Of a stretch of DNA of 64,000 nucleotides, positions 53,974 through 64,000 are shown one piece after another. Source of the stretch: an uncultured cyanobacterium (lineage in GTDB: Bacteria > Cyanobacteriota > Cyanobacteriia > Cyanobacteriales > CAWCAG01); NCBI GenBank assembly GCA_963793425.1, contig CAWCAG010000005.1, positions 1,760,001 through 1,824,000 on the forward strand, given 5' to 3'. Under the pieces are notes generated by a model, which had not been told where the DNA came from, did no database searches, and saw only the letters and a program-made list of their open reading frames with translations. The first letter of the stretch is position 1, and the number at the start of each line of letters is the position of its first letter. A program made the translations under genes and the position numbers.

Positions 53974-55005
53974 TTAGTAAATTGGCATTAATTGTTCAGA
54001 AAAAAGGCAATTTCTGCCTTGTTCTTTTGCTTTATAAAGTGCTTTGTCTGCCGTACTTATTAAGTTCTTAACTGTTAAACCAGCTTGAGGTGTTATAGTT
54101 GTTACACCGAGACTGATGGTAACAAACTGGCTTACTTGAGATTGAGCATGGAGAATTTTTAAGCTGAATATTTCCTTTTGTATTTGTGTTGCCATCTTCA
54201 TAGCTTGTTCAATATTTGTATCAGGAAGAATAGCTGCAAATTCTTCCCCTCCATAACGAGCCACTCTTCCCCAAGAAACATCAGCCTTTTCTATCATTGA
54301 ACTGAGGCAACTAGCTATTCGGCGTAAACAATCATCTCCTTTTAGATGTCCGTAGGTATCGTTATAGGCTTTAAAATAGTCTACGTCACATAAAATCAAA
54401 GAAAGAGGTGAACTTTTGCACAAATGCCTTTGCCATTCTAGATTAAGATGAATATCAAAACTACGGCGATTAAGAATTTCTGTTAATCCATCTAAATTAG
54501 CAAGGCGTTCTAGTTCTCTATTTGCAGCAACTAAAGCTTCTTCTGTTCGTAAGCGTCCCTCTATTTCTTGTTCTAAAAGTAGGTTTTTCTCCTGTAATTT
54601 TCTAGCTAGTCTTTGTTGATTTAACTGATTTTCAACCCTAGCTAATACTTCTTCTAAATGAAAAGGTTTAGTAATATAATCTGCGCCACCAATTTTGAAA
54701 GCTTTGACCTTATCTAGGGTGCGATCAAGAGCGCTAATAAAAATAATTGGTATTCGACTAGTTTTGGTTTGTTTTTTTAATTCTTCACATACCTGATAAC
54801 CATTCATAATCGGCATATTGATATCCAGCAAAATCAAATCAGGAGGAGCAACCTGCGCCCCTTTGATAGCAAATTTACCATCAAGAGATTTTTTGACTTT
54901 GTACCCCTGTGCTTCTAACATTGTTGATAAAAGTCTGAGATTATCAGGTTTATCGTCCACAATTAAGATACTTTCTTTTGGGCTTGCCAGGTTGGTCTTG
55001 GTCAT
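53974..55005 (-). CDS. Response regulator-diguanylate cyclase (REC-GGDEF)
   Basis: ILIVDD, DLILLD, KPF; DVDYFK.YND.YGH and RYGGEEF. Confidence 0.94.
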   Translation of the reverse strand: MTKTNLASPKESILIVDDKPDNLRLLSTMLEAQGYKVKKSLDGKFAIKGAQVAPPDLILLDINMPIMNGYQVCEELKKQTKTSRIPIIFISALDRTLDKVKAFKIGGADYITKPFHLEEVLARVENQLNQQRLARKLQEKNLLLEQEIEGRLRTEEALVAANRELERLANLDGLTEILNRRSFDIHLNLEWQRHLCKSSPLSLILCDVDYFKAYNDTYGHLKGDDCLRRIASCLSSMIEKADVSWGRVARYGGEEFAAILPDTNIEQAMKMATQIQKEIFSLKILHAQSQVSQFVTISLGVTTITPQAGLTVKNLISTADKALYKAKEQGRNCLFSEQLMPIY

Positions 55006-55260
55006 TCAGCTTTTACCATTACTTGGGGGTATTTTAATATTTCCTTATTACGATGGCTTTTACCCTGATTCAGTAGATTAGATTATTATATCTAATTGGA
55101 AGTTGTTAATTTGAGTCTGTCAAGCTCTCTAACAAGATTAACTTCTGATGACGAAATTATCTCAATCAATTGCTAGAAACGATGCTAAAGTTTTACGGAG
55201 CATTTGAAATTACTATAGTAAAAAATATTTCTGATTGGGGAAACTGGGTAAAACTAAAAA

Positions 55261-55662
55261 ATGATTAAAGAAAAATCAATCTTTCCTGGGCAAAAAACTA
55301 AAGCAATACTGCAGGTTATTCTTGCTGTTGGTATTATAGTTCCAGGAATACTTCACTTCTTGCTCCCCGAACCTTTTGTCAAGATTGTGCCAGAAATCTT
55401 ACCCTTCCCTTTGGCACTAGTTTATGTTACTGGAATCTGGGAGATCCTCGCTGGTATTGGCTTATTAATACCTTCAGTAAGTCGCAGCGCGGCTTGGAGT
55501 TTAGTCATCTTACTAGTTGCTGTATATCCTGCTAACATCAATATGGCAATTAATGATATTAGTCTTGGTGGCGTATCAGATTCATCTTGGTTTCATGCTA
55601 TTAGATTACCTCTACAATTTGTCCTCATCGCTTGGGCATATTGGTACACAAAAAAATCATGA
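55261..55662 (+). CDS. DoxX-like membrane protein
   Basis: Four hydrophobic segments; GILHF, PANI and RLPLQ motifs. Confidence 0.82.
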   Translation: MIKEKSIFPGQKTKAILQVILAVGIIVPGILHFLLPEPFVKIVPEILPFPLALVYVTGIWEILAGIGLLIPSVSRSAAWSLVILLVAVYPANINMAINDISLGGVSDSSWFHAIRLPLQFVLIAWAYWYTKKS

Positions 55663-56624
55663 AAGCATTAGTTACAGGGGCAAGCGGTTTCACAGGTTCT
55701 CACTTAGTTCGAGCTTTGGAACAAAGAGGAGATCAAGTTGTTGGTTTAGTGCGGCAATCTAGTAACTTAGAACCTTTGGCAGAAAACAATCTTAAACTGG
55801 TTTATGGCGATATCACTAATGGAGATGTCTTACAAACGGCCATGGCTGGGGTTGACATAGTTTTTCATGTTGCTGCCTATGTAGACTTGGGTATAGTTGA
55901 CGCTGAAGAAATGTTTAGGGTAAATGTCGAAGGGACTCGTACAGTTTTAGAGGTAGCCCGCGCAGTAGGTATTAAAAAGCTAGTTTATTGCAGCACTATT
56001 GGTATTTACGGCGATAGCAAGGGAAAAGTTGTTAACGAAACCTACCAACGTCAACAAAAAGACTTCTCTTCCGCCTATGATCGCAGTAAATATCAAGGAC
56101 AAAAATTAGTAGATCAATCTGCCCAGAAAGGCTTGCCTGTAGTTAGTTTAATGCCTTCGGGTATCTTCGGTTCCGATGATCCTCACTTCGGTCCGGTTTT
56201 AAAGCTTTTTGTCGCTAACAAACTAAAATTATGGGTAGGGGGCGATCGCCTCACAGGTATCGTCCACGTAGATGACTTAGTAGAAGCGATGTTACTAGCC
56301 GCAGAGAAAGCCCCACCAGGAGAACATTACATCATTTCCGCTGGAGAATTAGCAACCAAAGAAATGTTCGCTATCCTTAGCCAAGCAACAGGCATTCCTA
56401 CTCCGAAAGAAGTTCCCCAATCCCTTGCCAGATTAGTAGGAAAATTACTCGATCCCTTGGGAAGATGGTTCAAGTTCAACCCTCCCTTAAGCAAAGAACG
56501 TCTTCATTACGTTTATGATCGTTGCGTCAGGGTAGATAGTAGCAAAGCCCAACAAGAATTAGCTTGGCAACCCCGCTCTCCTGAAGAAGTCTTGAGACAA
56601 ATAGTTAGGGAGTTAGAGAAATAA
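55659..56624 (+). CDS. NAD-dependent epimerase/dehydratase
   Basis: MKALVTGASGFTG and YDRSK motifs; ATGA overlap with the upstream stop. Confidence 0.92.
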   Translation: MKALVTGASGFTGSHLVRALEQRGDQVVGLVRQSSNLEPLAENNLKLVYGDITNGDVLQTAMAGVDIVFHVAAYVDLGIVDAEEMFRVNVEGTRTVLEVARAVGIKKLVYCSTIGIYGDSKGKVVNETYQRQQKDFSSAYDRSKYQGQKLVDQSAQKGLPVVSLMPSGIFGSDDPHFGPVLKLFVANKLKLWVGGDRLTGIVHVDDLVEAMLLAAEKAPPGEHYIISAGELATKEMFAILSQATGIPTPKEVPQSLARLVGKLLDPLGRWFKFNPPLSKERLHYVYDRCVRVDSSKAQQELAWQPRSPEEVLRQIVRELEK

Positions 56625-56629
56625 ATAAT

Positions 56630-57313
56630 ATGCAGCAAACAGCTTTAAATACCATTGCGATCAGCATCTTTGTGATCACGATGTTTTCTCTGTTGGGGCC
56701 ATTATTTAAAATTTCTCCTGCTGTACCAGCTTTAATTACAGCCGTTATTTTGGGTCTAGGAACCATTGACACTCTTAGTTTACAGGGCAAAGGTTCTACC
56801 TTACTTCTCGACTGGCTAGCCTCTTTTTCTCCTCGCCACCGCGAGAGAATTATTCGCCACGAAGCAGGGCATTTTCTCACTGCCTATTTTTTAGGTATTC
56901 CCATCCTTGGTTACACACTCACCCCTTGGGAAGCTTTGCAGGCAGAGCAGCCTGGTTTAGGAGGAGTTGAGTTTAATACCGAAGAAATATTTGCCCAAAA
57001 AATTCCCACCCAAAATATTCCCTTACTCTTAGAGCGCTTTTGTACTGTTTGGATGGCAGGAATTGCCGCAGAAAAATTAGTTTATGGTAGTGCTGAAGGA
57101 GGGGGAGAAGATAAACAAAAAATCAAAGCAGCTTTAATGGCATTAGGTTATTCAGAAAGCGAGTCCCCGAAAAAACAACAATGGGCTAGTTTACAAGCGC
57201 GAAATTTGCTGCAAAAATATAATTCTTCCTACGAAGCTTTAGTAGAAGCGATGGCGAGAAGAGCTTCCCTTGATGAATGTTATCAAGTAATTCAAAAGCA
57301 GATTGAAAGTTGA
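56630..57313 (+). CDS. M41-like Zn metalloprotease, short cyanobacterial type
   Basis: HEAGH and MAGIAAE motifs; N-terminal TM segments; no AAA domain. Confidence 0.87.
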   Translation: MQQTALNTIAISIFVITMFSLLGPLFKISPAVPALITAVILGLGTIDTLSLQGKGSTLLLDWLASFSPRHRERIIRHEAGHFLTAYFLGIPILGYTLTPWEALQAEQPGLGGVEFNTEEIFAQKIPTQNIPLLLERFCTVWMAGIAAEKLVYGSAEGGGEDKQKIKAALMALGYSESESPKKQQWASLQARNLLQKYNSSYEALVEAMARRASLDECYQVIQKQIES

Positions 57314-57427
57314 GTTATTATACCAATCCTGCTCTTGTTGCATGACTTATCTGTTAGGGCAGGGAGTAGGGAATAGGAAGTAAGGAGCAGAAAAGAGAAA
57401 ATGCTTAATTTTCAAGCTAAATATACT

Positions 57428-57496
57428 GTTAAAAAGCACTTTTCAAGGGCGCACCTTTTCCACCATATACATAATATCATCTCAAGGAAGAAAAAA
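57428..57496 (-). repeat. Dispersed ~65-bp repeat, copy 3
   Basis: gggcgcaccttttccaccatatacataatatcatctcaagg core. Confidence 0.85.
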
Positions 57497-57906
57497 GCAA
57501 AGTCTTTGAGCAAACCCGAAAATTCATAAGTAAAACTGTTATTTCTTTTGCTTGCATAACAATTATTTTAAACAGAAGCAGCTTTTTTGAGGTTTCATGA
57601 AGCTATGTTAACAATGGTTTGACAAGGTATTCAAGGGCTTCCCTTTTGTAATAGGATTGAGAGTGAATTTACAAAAATGATAGAATTGGGTTCTTGTTAA
57701 GACAAAAAACTTTGAACAAAGTAAAACCTCAGTAAAACAAAGCTTTCAGAAAAACTAAACAGCAAGAAAGCAACAAATTTCCTATATTACAACTACCACT
57801 ACAAATACTTCTTTTTTCGTAACAATTAAAGCGCCTCTTGACAAAGTAACAATTTTGTGAAAGAAAACAATATTCAATTAGTTACCCCATCTTCTTATCT
57901 TTCAGA

Positions 57907-58542
57907 TTAAAGTCTCCCCAGTATTGGTATCAACTCTTGCGGAGTATTAATTAAAAAATCTGGAGAGTAGGTTGCGAGTATTTCTTGAGAGTTAAAACCC
58001 CAACTCACAGCAATCATCTTAATACCGCTTTTCTGCGCTGCTTGAACATCCCTAGTTTCATCACCCACATAAAAAACATTATTGGGGGAAAGATGGCGAT
58101 CGCGGATAACTCGATTAATTATTTTATGTTTGCCGAACAAACTTGTACCGTGATATATAAACTCAAACATCTCCTGACAAGAGTTTTTTCCTAAAAAGCC
58201 AACTACATTTTCTTGAACATTAGAAGTGACAATACCTAAATAATGCCCTTGATTTTGCAGTTCTAACAAAGTTTCCGGCATTCCTGTAATTGGAGAGATA
58301 GTCGCTATTTCTTTACCTAACTCAACTTTAGCTTTCCTTAAAAGAAAAGGTATTTTCACTAAGGGAATTTGCGATCGCTTAATTATTTCCCTAGAACTTA
58401 AATGTCTCAATTGAGATACTTCCACCGGAGTGGTAGGTTGATAACCAAATTCTGGGGATAAACGATTTAAAATATTAATGAACGCTTCTTGAGTATCAGC
58501 AATTGTGCCATCGAAATCAAATATAATTACTTTTTGAGTCAT
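57907..58542 (-). CDS. HAD-IA family hydrolase
   Basis: FDFDGTIAD, TSN and YVGDETRD motifs. Confidence 0.93.
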   Translation of the reverse strand: MTQKVIIFDFDGTIADTQEAFINILNRLSPEFGYQPTTPVEVSQLRHLSSREIIKRSQIPLVKIPFLLRKAKVELGKEIATISPITGMPETLLELQNQGHYLGIVTSNVQENVVGFLGKNSCQEMFEFIYHGTSLFGKHKIINRVIRDRHLSPNNVFYVGDETRDVQAAQKSGIKMIAVSWGFNSQEILATYSPDFLINTPQELIPILGRL

Positions 58543-58625
58543 TTTATTAGATCAAATATAAAACAAGCTTTTAAATCTCTATATCACCCAGATAACCCCA
58601 ATCAACAAAGTGAACTTTTGCTAGC

Positions 58626-59603
58626 TTATTCACCAACATTTATTGCTGGCATTGTTGGTATATCAGCATAATAATCAGGAGAACGCTTCAAGATTCTTGC
58701 TTTAACTGCTGGTTCAATTTCCGCTAAACACTGCCAAATTTCTTGAATATTTTGTGGTCTTCTTTCTGGGAAAGGAGACATAAGATAATTAATCAACCCT
58801 CCCATCAAAGGAGTGATTTGGGGCGCATGATCGCGCCAAATTAATTTTCCTGATTGCGGATCAACAGGAAAATCCAGGGGATACTGCCCGGTTAACAAAT
58901 AAACAAAGCTGCGTCCTAAAGCAAAAAAATCAGACTGAAGAACAGCCCTTCCTCCAATTTGTTCTGCTGGAGTATAACCGTGGGAAACAAAGCCAGTAAT
59001 TTTATCTGTTGCCAATTTATGAACGTAGGTATCTGTTATTTTTCTCACTCCACCAAAGTCAATCAAAACTAGTTGTCCATTAGGGCGTAACATAATATTA
59101 GAAGGTTTAATATCACGGTGGAAATACCTTTGTTGATGTATTTGTTCAAGAATTTCTAATAACTGATTTAACCAATTAATCGCTAGTTCTTGGGTAATAG
59201 GTTGATTATTTCTTTGCCTTAGCCATTGTTGTAAATTTACTCCCTCAATTTTTTCCATGATTAAGCAATGCAAAGGTTTATCGCTATTGTTAGGAAACAA
59301 AACAAAGTAGCTGTCTTTTTCTACTTTAGGGATACCTGCATGACGTAAAGTACCCAAAACCTCAGCTTCTCTCCTAAAAAGAGTCACTAACTTAGTTTTG
59401 TTTTTCAGTAAAACCTTAAGAACCTTATTTTCCGTACCGTTAGTAATTTCAAAAGTTCTCCCAAAACCTCCTTTGTTGAGAGGTTGAATAACTTTATATT
59501 TTTCTTGAAGCAATAATAAAGAACCACAATGACGGCAGAATTTATTATTTCTATTCAGAGAATCGTGAGGAAGTTTACATTTAGGATTGAGACAATAACT
59601 CAT
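58626..59603 (-). CDS. Ser/Thr protein kinase with N-terminal 4-Cys zinc ribbon
   Basis: CLNPKC...CRHCG; GGFG, HRDIKPSN and DFG motifs. Confidence 0.93.
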   Translation of the reverse strand: MSYCLNPKCKLPHDSLNRNNKFCRHCGSLLLLQEKYKVIQPLNKGGFGRTFEITNGTENKVLKVLLKNKTKLVTLFRREAEVLGTLRHAGIPKVEKDSYFVLFPNNSDKPLHCLIMEKIEGVNLQQWLRQRNNQPITQELAINWLNQLLEILEQIHQQRYFHRDIKPSNIMLRPNGQLVLIDFGGVRKITDTYVHKLATDKITGFVSHGYTPAEQIGGRAVLQSDFFALGRSFVYLLTGQYPLDFPVDPQSGKLIWRDHAPQITPLMGGLINYLMSPFPERRPQNIQEIWQCLAEIEPAVKARILKRSPDYYADIPTMPAINVGE

Positions 59604-59688
59604 ATAGTTGCTAATAGCTAAATAGCTAATCCCTAATTGCTGAACAAAAGGGCTGAAAAAATGCTATACATATACTTATTTAAGCGTA

Positions 59689-60738
59689 ATGGCCCAAACT
59701 AGAGCAGTTATTTGTGGATATTATGGCAAAGGCAATGGTGGTGACGAAGCCTTACTTGTATCATTGCTACAAATGTTACCGAAACAAGTAAAACCTCTGG
59801 TACTTTCGGGAAACCCTGGACAAACGCAAAAGCGTTATGGAGTAGAAAGTTGTGATCGCAAATCGGCTTTCTCGGTTTTAAAAGCTTTACAAAGTTCAGA
59901 CTACTTCATCTGGGGGGGCGGTAGTTTGATGCAAGATGCAACTAGCCGTATCAGTCCTCTCTATTACGGTGGCTTAATGGCTTTAGCCCAGCAACTAGGC
60001 TTAAAGACTATTGCCTGGGCCCAAGGAATAGGGCCTTTAAACCATAAATTAAGCCGTTCTGTAACTCGACGAGTCCTAGAAAATTGCGTCGCTGTTAGTG
60101 TCCGGGATGGTGCTTCTGCTCAGCTAATGAAAGATTGGCAAATTCGGAGTATCATGGCTCCTGATCCTGTCTGGGCTTTACAAGGGCAACCTGTTCCAGG
60201 GCTATGGGATTTACCAGCCCCTAGAGTCGCAGTAACCCTACGTCCCCATCAACAATTAACTTCTCAAGTTCTTGCTAACTTAACCAAAGCACTACAACAA
60301 TTCCAAGCAGCTACTAACACCTGTATTTTACTTATTCCTTTTCAAGCTTCTCAAGATGGAGCGATCGCCCTATCCATCGCCAACCAACTACAAGGGCCCC
60401 ATAAAATTATTTCCCTAGAAGATCCCAGACAACTAAAAAGCGTTTTTCGGGGAGTGGAAATGGTCATCGGTATGCGCTACCATAGCCTCATTATGGGAGC
60501 AGGGGAAGAATGCCGTTGCTTTGCCCTCAGCTATGATCCCAAGGTCAGCCTTTTGATGGCACAATTAAATTTACCAGGCTGGGAATTAGCAGCCATGCCA
60601 GAAGAGCCTAATTTAATCAGCCAGGCGTGGATTGAGCAATATGCCAACGGTGAAGCTCTTAACAAAGCTCAAATTCAATCTCTAGTAGACCGCGCTTTAA
60701 TGCACCAAGAAATTTTAAGAACGGAAATAACTAATTAG
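59689..60738 (+). CDS. csaB: Polysaccharide pyruvyl transferase CsaB
   Basis: GYYGKGNGGDEA, GGGSLMQD, SVRD, GMRYHS and YDPKV motifs. Confidence 0.93.
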   Translation: MAQTRAVICGYYGKGNGGDEALLVSLLQMLPKQVKPLVLSGNPGQTQKRYGVESCDRKSAFSVLKALQSSDYFIWGGGSLMQDATSRISPLYYGGLMALAQQLGLKTIAWAQGIGPLNHKLSRSVTRRVLENCVAVSVRDGASAQLMKDWQIRSIMAPDPVWALQGQPVPGLWDLPAPRVAVTLRPHQQLTSQVLANLTKALQQFQAATNTCILLIPFQASQDGAIALSIANQLQGPHKIISLEDPRQLKSVFRGVEMVIGMRYHSLIMGAGEECRCFALSYDPKVSLLMAQLNLPGWELAAMPEEPNLISQAWIEQYANGEALNKAQIQSLVDRALMHQEILRTEITN

Positions 60739-60905
60739 CATGACTTGCCTTCACTTTAGGCATCAATGCTTAATTGATCATTGAAAAAAATCCACCCCTA
60801 ACCTGGAATTATATATCTAAGGATCTTATCATTGGGCAATGGCTAATGGTACAAATAAAAGATATCTAATGGTGAGGGTTTCTCACCTCCAGCCCTAAAA
60901 TAGCT

Positions 60906-62084
60906 ATGAGTGAAGCCGATCTCCCTAACAATTCTCCCCAAGAACCCCTTCATCCTCTCCCAGAGGATGAAACTCTCCAGTCATCCACTGAAGCTATTCA
61001 GGAGGAAAACGAATCTGTTTATTCAGAAGAAACTGACCTAACGGTAGACTTCAGTGAAAGCAATGCTATTAGTGAAGAAGAAAACTTTGCTTTAAGTAGC
61101 AAACTGCGCCAGCGTAACCGCGTCTTGCTCAAGAAAGTAGCCACATTGGAAAGAACCTTAGCAGAAGCCCAGGAAGCTCTACAAGCCCAGGAAATGCGGA
61201 CGAGGGGAAACGACAACCTCCTAGCTCAACAAGCTGAGGAATTTAGCGCTACCCAAGAGCAACTAACTCGTTTATTTCGTGAGTTAGAATCTTCCCACCA
61301 AACTGCTCAACGCCAACAAATCTTAATAGAAACCCTTTCCCAACAACTAGAAAGCGCTCAAGAACGCATCAATCAACTAGAACAAGAATATACTTCCCTT
61401 CAGAAACGTAATCAGACAAAAGCCAAACAACTCCTGCAACAAGAGCAACAAAATCAAGAACTGCGTTCTCGCCTTCAACGACAGCAGCGCCGTGCTATTC
61501 AATTCAAAACTGCGTTAGATAAATGTTTGGATGTTCCCAATAGTTCTTCACCAGACAGTGGAGAAATTGAACCAACGCCAACACAAATACCAACACCAAC
61601 CCTAAGCCAAAATAAAGAAGAAACCTTCTTTCCTAAAGCTTCTCCTATTCAACCTTGGTCTGCTCAACTAGAACAAGACAGCCCTCCCACTTCAGAATGG
61701 TTGAAAGATTTGGAGCAGACTGAAAAACCAGATCAGAAAAACGATAACAACCCCAAGATAGTACCTTTAAACCTTGTTACTACCCAAGAAGAAGAAGAGG
61801 AAGTAGAAATGCCAGAAACTGAGATAGAAACCATGACCTGGCAGCCAGAATTAGTCCTCAGTTTAGAGGAAGAAGGGGGAGGAAATATAGAGATTGAAGT
61901 TGTCTCCGAACCAGTTGTTCAAGAAGAGGGGAAAGGTAGGGAGAATGAGGAAGAAGAGGAAGAGGAAGAGGCTTTATTTAATTCCTCAAGCTGGCCCTCC
62001 CCCATCCTTTATCCTCTGCGTCCCCACAAAAAGCGTAAGTCTCTCGCTGCTATAGAATTGCCTGATTTCCCCCGCTATACGTGA
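60906..62084 (+). CDS. Coiled-coil hypothetical protein
   Basis: Long Q/E/L heptad region, acidic tail, C-terminal WPSP...KKRKSLAAIELPDF. Confidence 0.8.
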   Translation: MSEADLPNNSPQEPLHPLPEDETLQSSTEAIQEENESVYSEETDLTVDFSESNAISEEENFALSSKLRQRNRVLLKKVATLERTLAEAQEALQAQEMRTRGNDNLLAQQAEEFSATQEQLTRLFRELESSHQTAQRQQILIETLSQQLESAQERINQLEQEYTSLQKRNQTKAKQLLQQEQQNQELRSRLQRQQRRAIQFKTALDKCLDVPNSSSPDSGEIEPTPTQIPTPTLSQNKEETFFPKASPIQPWSAQLEQDSPPTSEWLKDLEQTEKPDQKNDNNPKIVPLNLVTTQEEEEEVEMPETEIETMTWQPELVLSLEEEGGGNIEIEVVSEPVVQEEGKGRENEEEEEEEEALFNSSSWPSPILYPLRPHKKRKSLAAIELPDFPRYT

Positions 62085-62166
62085 GTAGGGAGAGTAGGTA
62101 ACACCAAAAGATTGTACGGATCATTTCACGAAGTTAATAATTCAGTCGTTCAAGTATCATGAGAGC

Positions 62167-63999
62167 TTAAAATTCAAAAAAACCTCCAACTATTCCTTCT
62201 GCAACACCTCCAACTATCCCTTCTGCAACTCCCTCAGCTATTCCTCCTATTACTCCACCAACTAATTCTTCTGTAATAGCGTCAAATGTAGCAGTTGGTA
62301 TTAAGTCAATATCTCCAAAATCAATATCTATAAACCCTCCACCTTGTTCGCCACTGAAAATATCTTCAAACCATTGCAATGAATTTTGTAATAGCAAGCC
62401 ATTGCTTCCGCCACCACCCCCAGATGAAGGTACACCTTCAGTGGAGTTACTGGATCTTCTGGCTACTGTATTTCCTTGAATTTCCTCTGAATCAGATGAG
62501 TTTTCTAAAGGTACGGGTTGATACGATTCATCTACAGGAGAAGCAGTTATATATTTCAGTTTTATCAACTCCCTAATAAGAGTAATAAGGTCTTCCTCAC
62601 GTTTTTTAGAAGAGCGCTCACTATCTTCCCGATCAGGTTCGTTATGATCTGGAGATTTCGGCTCTTGATTTTTAGCCCCATTAGGCTTGTCTTCATCTTC
62701 AGATGTTAGTTCATCAATAATTCTTCTGTAATAAGCTGACGTAATACCAACTCCAGCACCAAAACCAACACTTCCAACTACAAAAATACCAACACCAACT
62801 ATACGACCATTCAAATGACCGTCAACAATTAACCAACCAAGACGCTTCCTAAGCTTTCTGTATTCTTCGTCAGAAGAGAGCAAAGATTGAAAGTCTTGTA
62901 TACTGATCTCACTAAGCTTGGTCAATATCAGAGAACTTTGCTCTGATGAAATTGATAGTTTTTCATCTTCTAAAGATAACTTAACTACCTGAATAGCAAG
63001 ACTTTTTCTTACTTCTGGATTTGCTTTAGGTGCAATTTGATTAATAACTTTTTCTAGTAGAGATTCAACTTCTTTACTACTTATTGAGTAATTACATTCA
63101 ATAAATATCTGTTCAATAATTTGATTTATTTTCTCAATAAAAACACTATCAGCAGTCACATTTTTGAGAACAACTTGTTCAGCAGTTATTATTTCCTCTT
63201 CGCTCCCTTGAATATTTTCTCCTGATTGAATATAGTTCTCTTGAACTGACTTCTGTTTAATTGTTTGGGAGAGGTTAGTAATATATAAATTCTCAACCTT
63301 ACTATCATCTAAAACAACTTGTAATACTTGAATATTCTGTTCTCTTAATTCATCTTTTACTTGATTAATATAATTCTTATCGCCTATAGACCAAAGAAGT
63401 TGATAAGCTCTCTGTAAATATTCTTGTGCTTCCTTTTTTTGACCCGTTCCTATCCTAAGTAAAGCTTTACCTTTCAAGAAATAACCATAGTAAGCAGCTA
63501 GAAATGGATTATTCATTTTGCCATATAGCTTTAGGCACTGCTCACTCACATCCAAAGCCCTTGCGTATCGTCCTTGAGTCAGCAAAATAGAACCTAAGAA
63601 ACCTAAACAAATTGCTGTACCATGTGGATCTTCAAGCTCTCTCATTTTTGAATAAGCTTGACGAAGTGATTGACCTGCTTTCTTGTATTGACCTAGTTTT
63701 GCATTAGCTTCACCAAAATCAGATAAAGTATATGCTTCTCCAGAACGATCTTTAAGTTTTCTGAAAATAGCTAATGCTTGTTCGTAGAATTCTATCGCTT
63801 GAGCATAATTTTCTAGTTGTTTATGTCCATTTCCAATAGACTGCAAACAATAAGCTTTTGAAGATATATCATCTAAATCTTCACAAATATCTAGTGCCTG
63901 TTCATATGCTTCAATAGATTTTCTAAATTGACTTAAGGAAAGATATACACTTCCTAGCCCTCTTAATATTCTACTTTCTGCACTGCGATTACCAAGTTT
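62167..63999 (-). CDS. TPR-repeat protein with hydrophobic segment and glycine-zipper C-terminus; start lies beyond the window
   Basis: Frame stays open to the window end (KLGNRSAESRILRGLGSVY...); several TPR motifs; tail GGVIGGIAEGVAEGIVGGVAEGIVGG. Confidence 0.85.
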   Translation of the reverse strand, partial: KLGNRSAESRILRGLGSVYLSLSQFRKSIEAYEQALDICEDLDDISSKAYCLQSIGNGHKQLENYAQAIEFYEQALAIFRKLKDRSGEAYTLSDFGEANAKLGQYKKAGQSLRQAYSKMRELEDPHGTAICLGFLGSILLTQGRYARALDVSEQCLKLYGKMNNPFLAAYYGYFLKGKALLRIGTGQKKEAQEYLQRAYQLLWSIGDKNYINQVKDELREQNIQVLQVVLDDSKVENLYITNLSQTIKQKSVQENYIQSGENIQGSEEEIITAEQVVLKNVTADSVFIEKINQIIEQIFIECNYSISSKEVESLLEKVINQIAPKANPEVRKSLAIQVVKLSLEDEKLSISSEQSSLILTKLSEISIQDFQSLLSSDEEYRKLRKRLGWLIVDGHLNGRIVGVGIFVVGSVGFGAGVGITSAYYRRIIDELTSEDEDKPNGAKNQEPKSPDHNEPDREDSERSSKKREEDLITLIRELIKLKYITASPVDESYQPVPLENSSDSEEIQGNTVARRSSNSTEGVPSSGGGGGSNGLLLQNSLQWFEDIFSGEQGGGFIDIDFGDIDLIPTATFDAITEELVGGVIGGIAEGVAEGIVGGVAEGIVGGFFEF

Positions 64000-64000
64000 T

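Noticed and set aside
57500..57900. AT-rich intergenic stretch with TTGACA motifs as a CRISPR leader or sRNA
   Set aside because: No repeat-spacer array follows and no convincing structure was seen
1..64000. Frequent GCGATCGC
   Set aside because: Known cyanobacterial HIP1 octamer; useful only for taxonomy

Overview
Cyanobacterial chromosome segment: more than 20 HIP1 (GCGATCGC) sites, bciB, petF, ndhN, csaB and cyanobacterial gene order. About 32-49.6 kb is the ribosomal-protein superoperon (rplC to rpmE, then prfA) on the minus strand. Most of 9-32 kb and 49.7-62 kb is ordinary metabolic and signalling genes. The accessory part is 1.77-8.23 kb. It carries an IS200-type Y1/HUH transposase flanked by direct arrays of 37-bp hairpin units that end in a 20-bp palindromic core, and another copy of that element closes the region at 8.0-8.2 kb. 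Inside are orphan ORFs, more palindromic elements and an LRR-Roc-COR (Roco) gene. Its 69-bp LRR units are almost nucleotide-identical except at four surface-exposed codons, a candidate diversifying receptor system. At the right edge, a TPR protein has a 21-aa pseudo-repeat pair and a glycine-zipper tail. Single-base frameshifts in rpsI, truA and the Roco gene point to consensus errors, so pseudogene calls are cautious. No rRNA, tRNA or true CRISPR array was seen. Family assignments come from motif recognition only; no searches were run.
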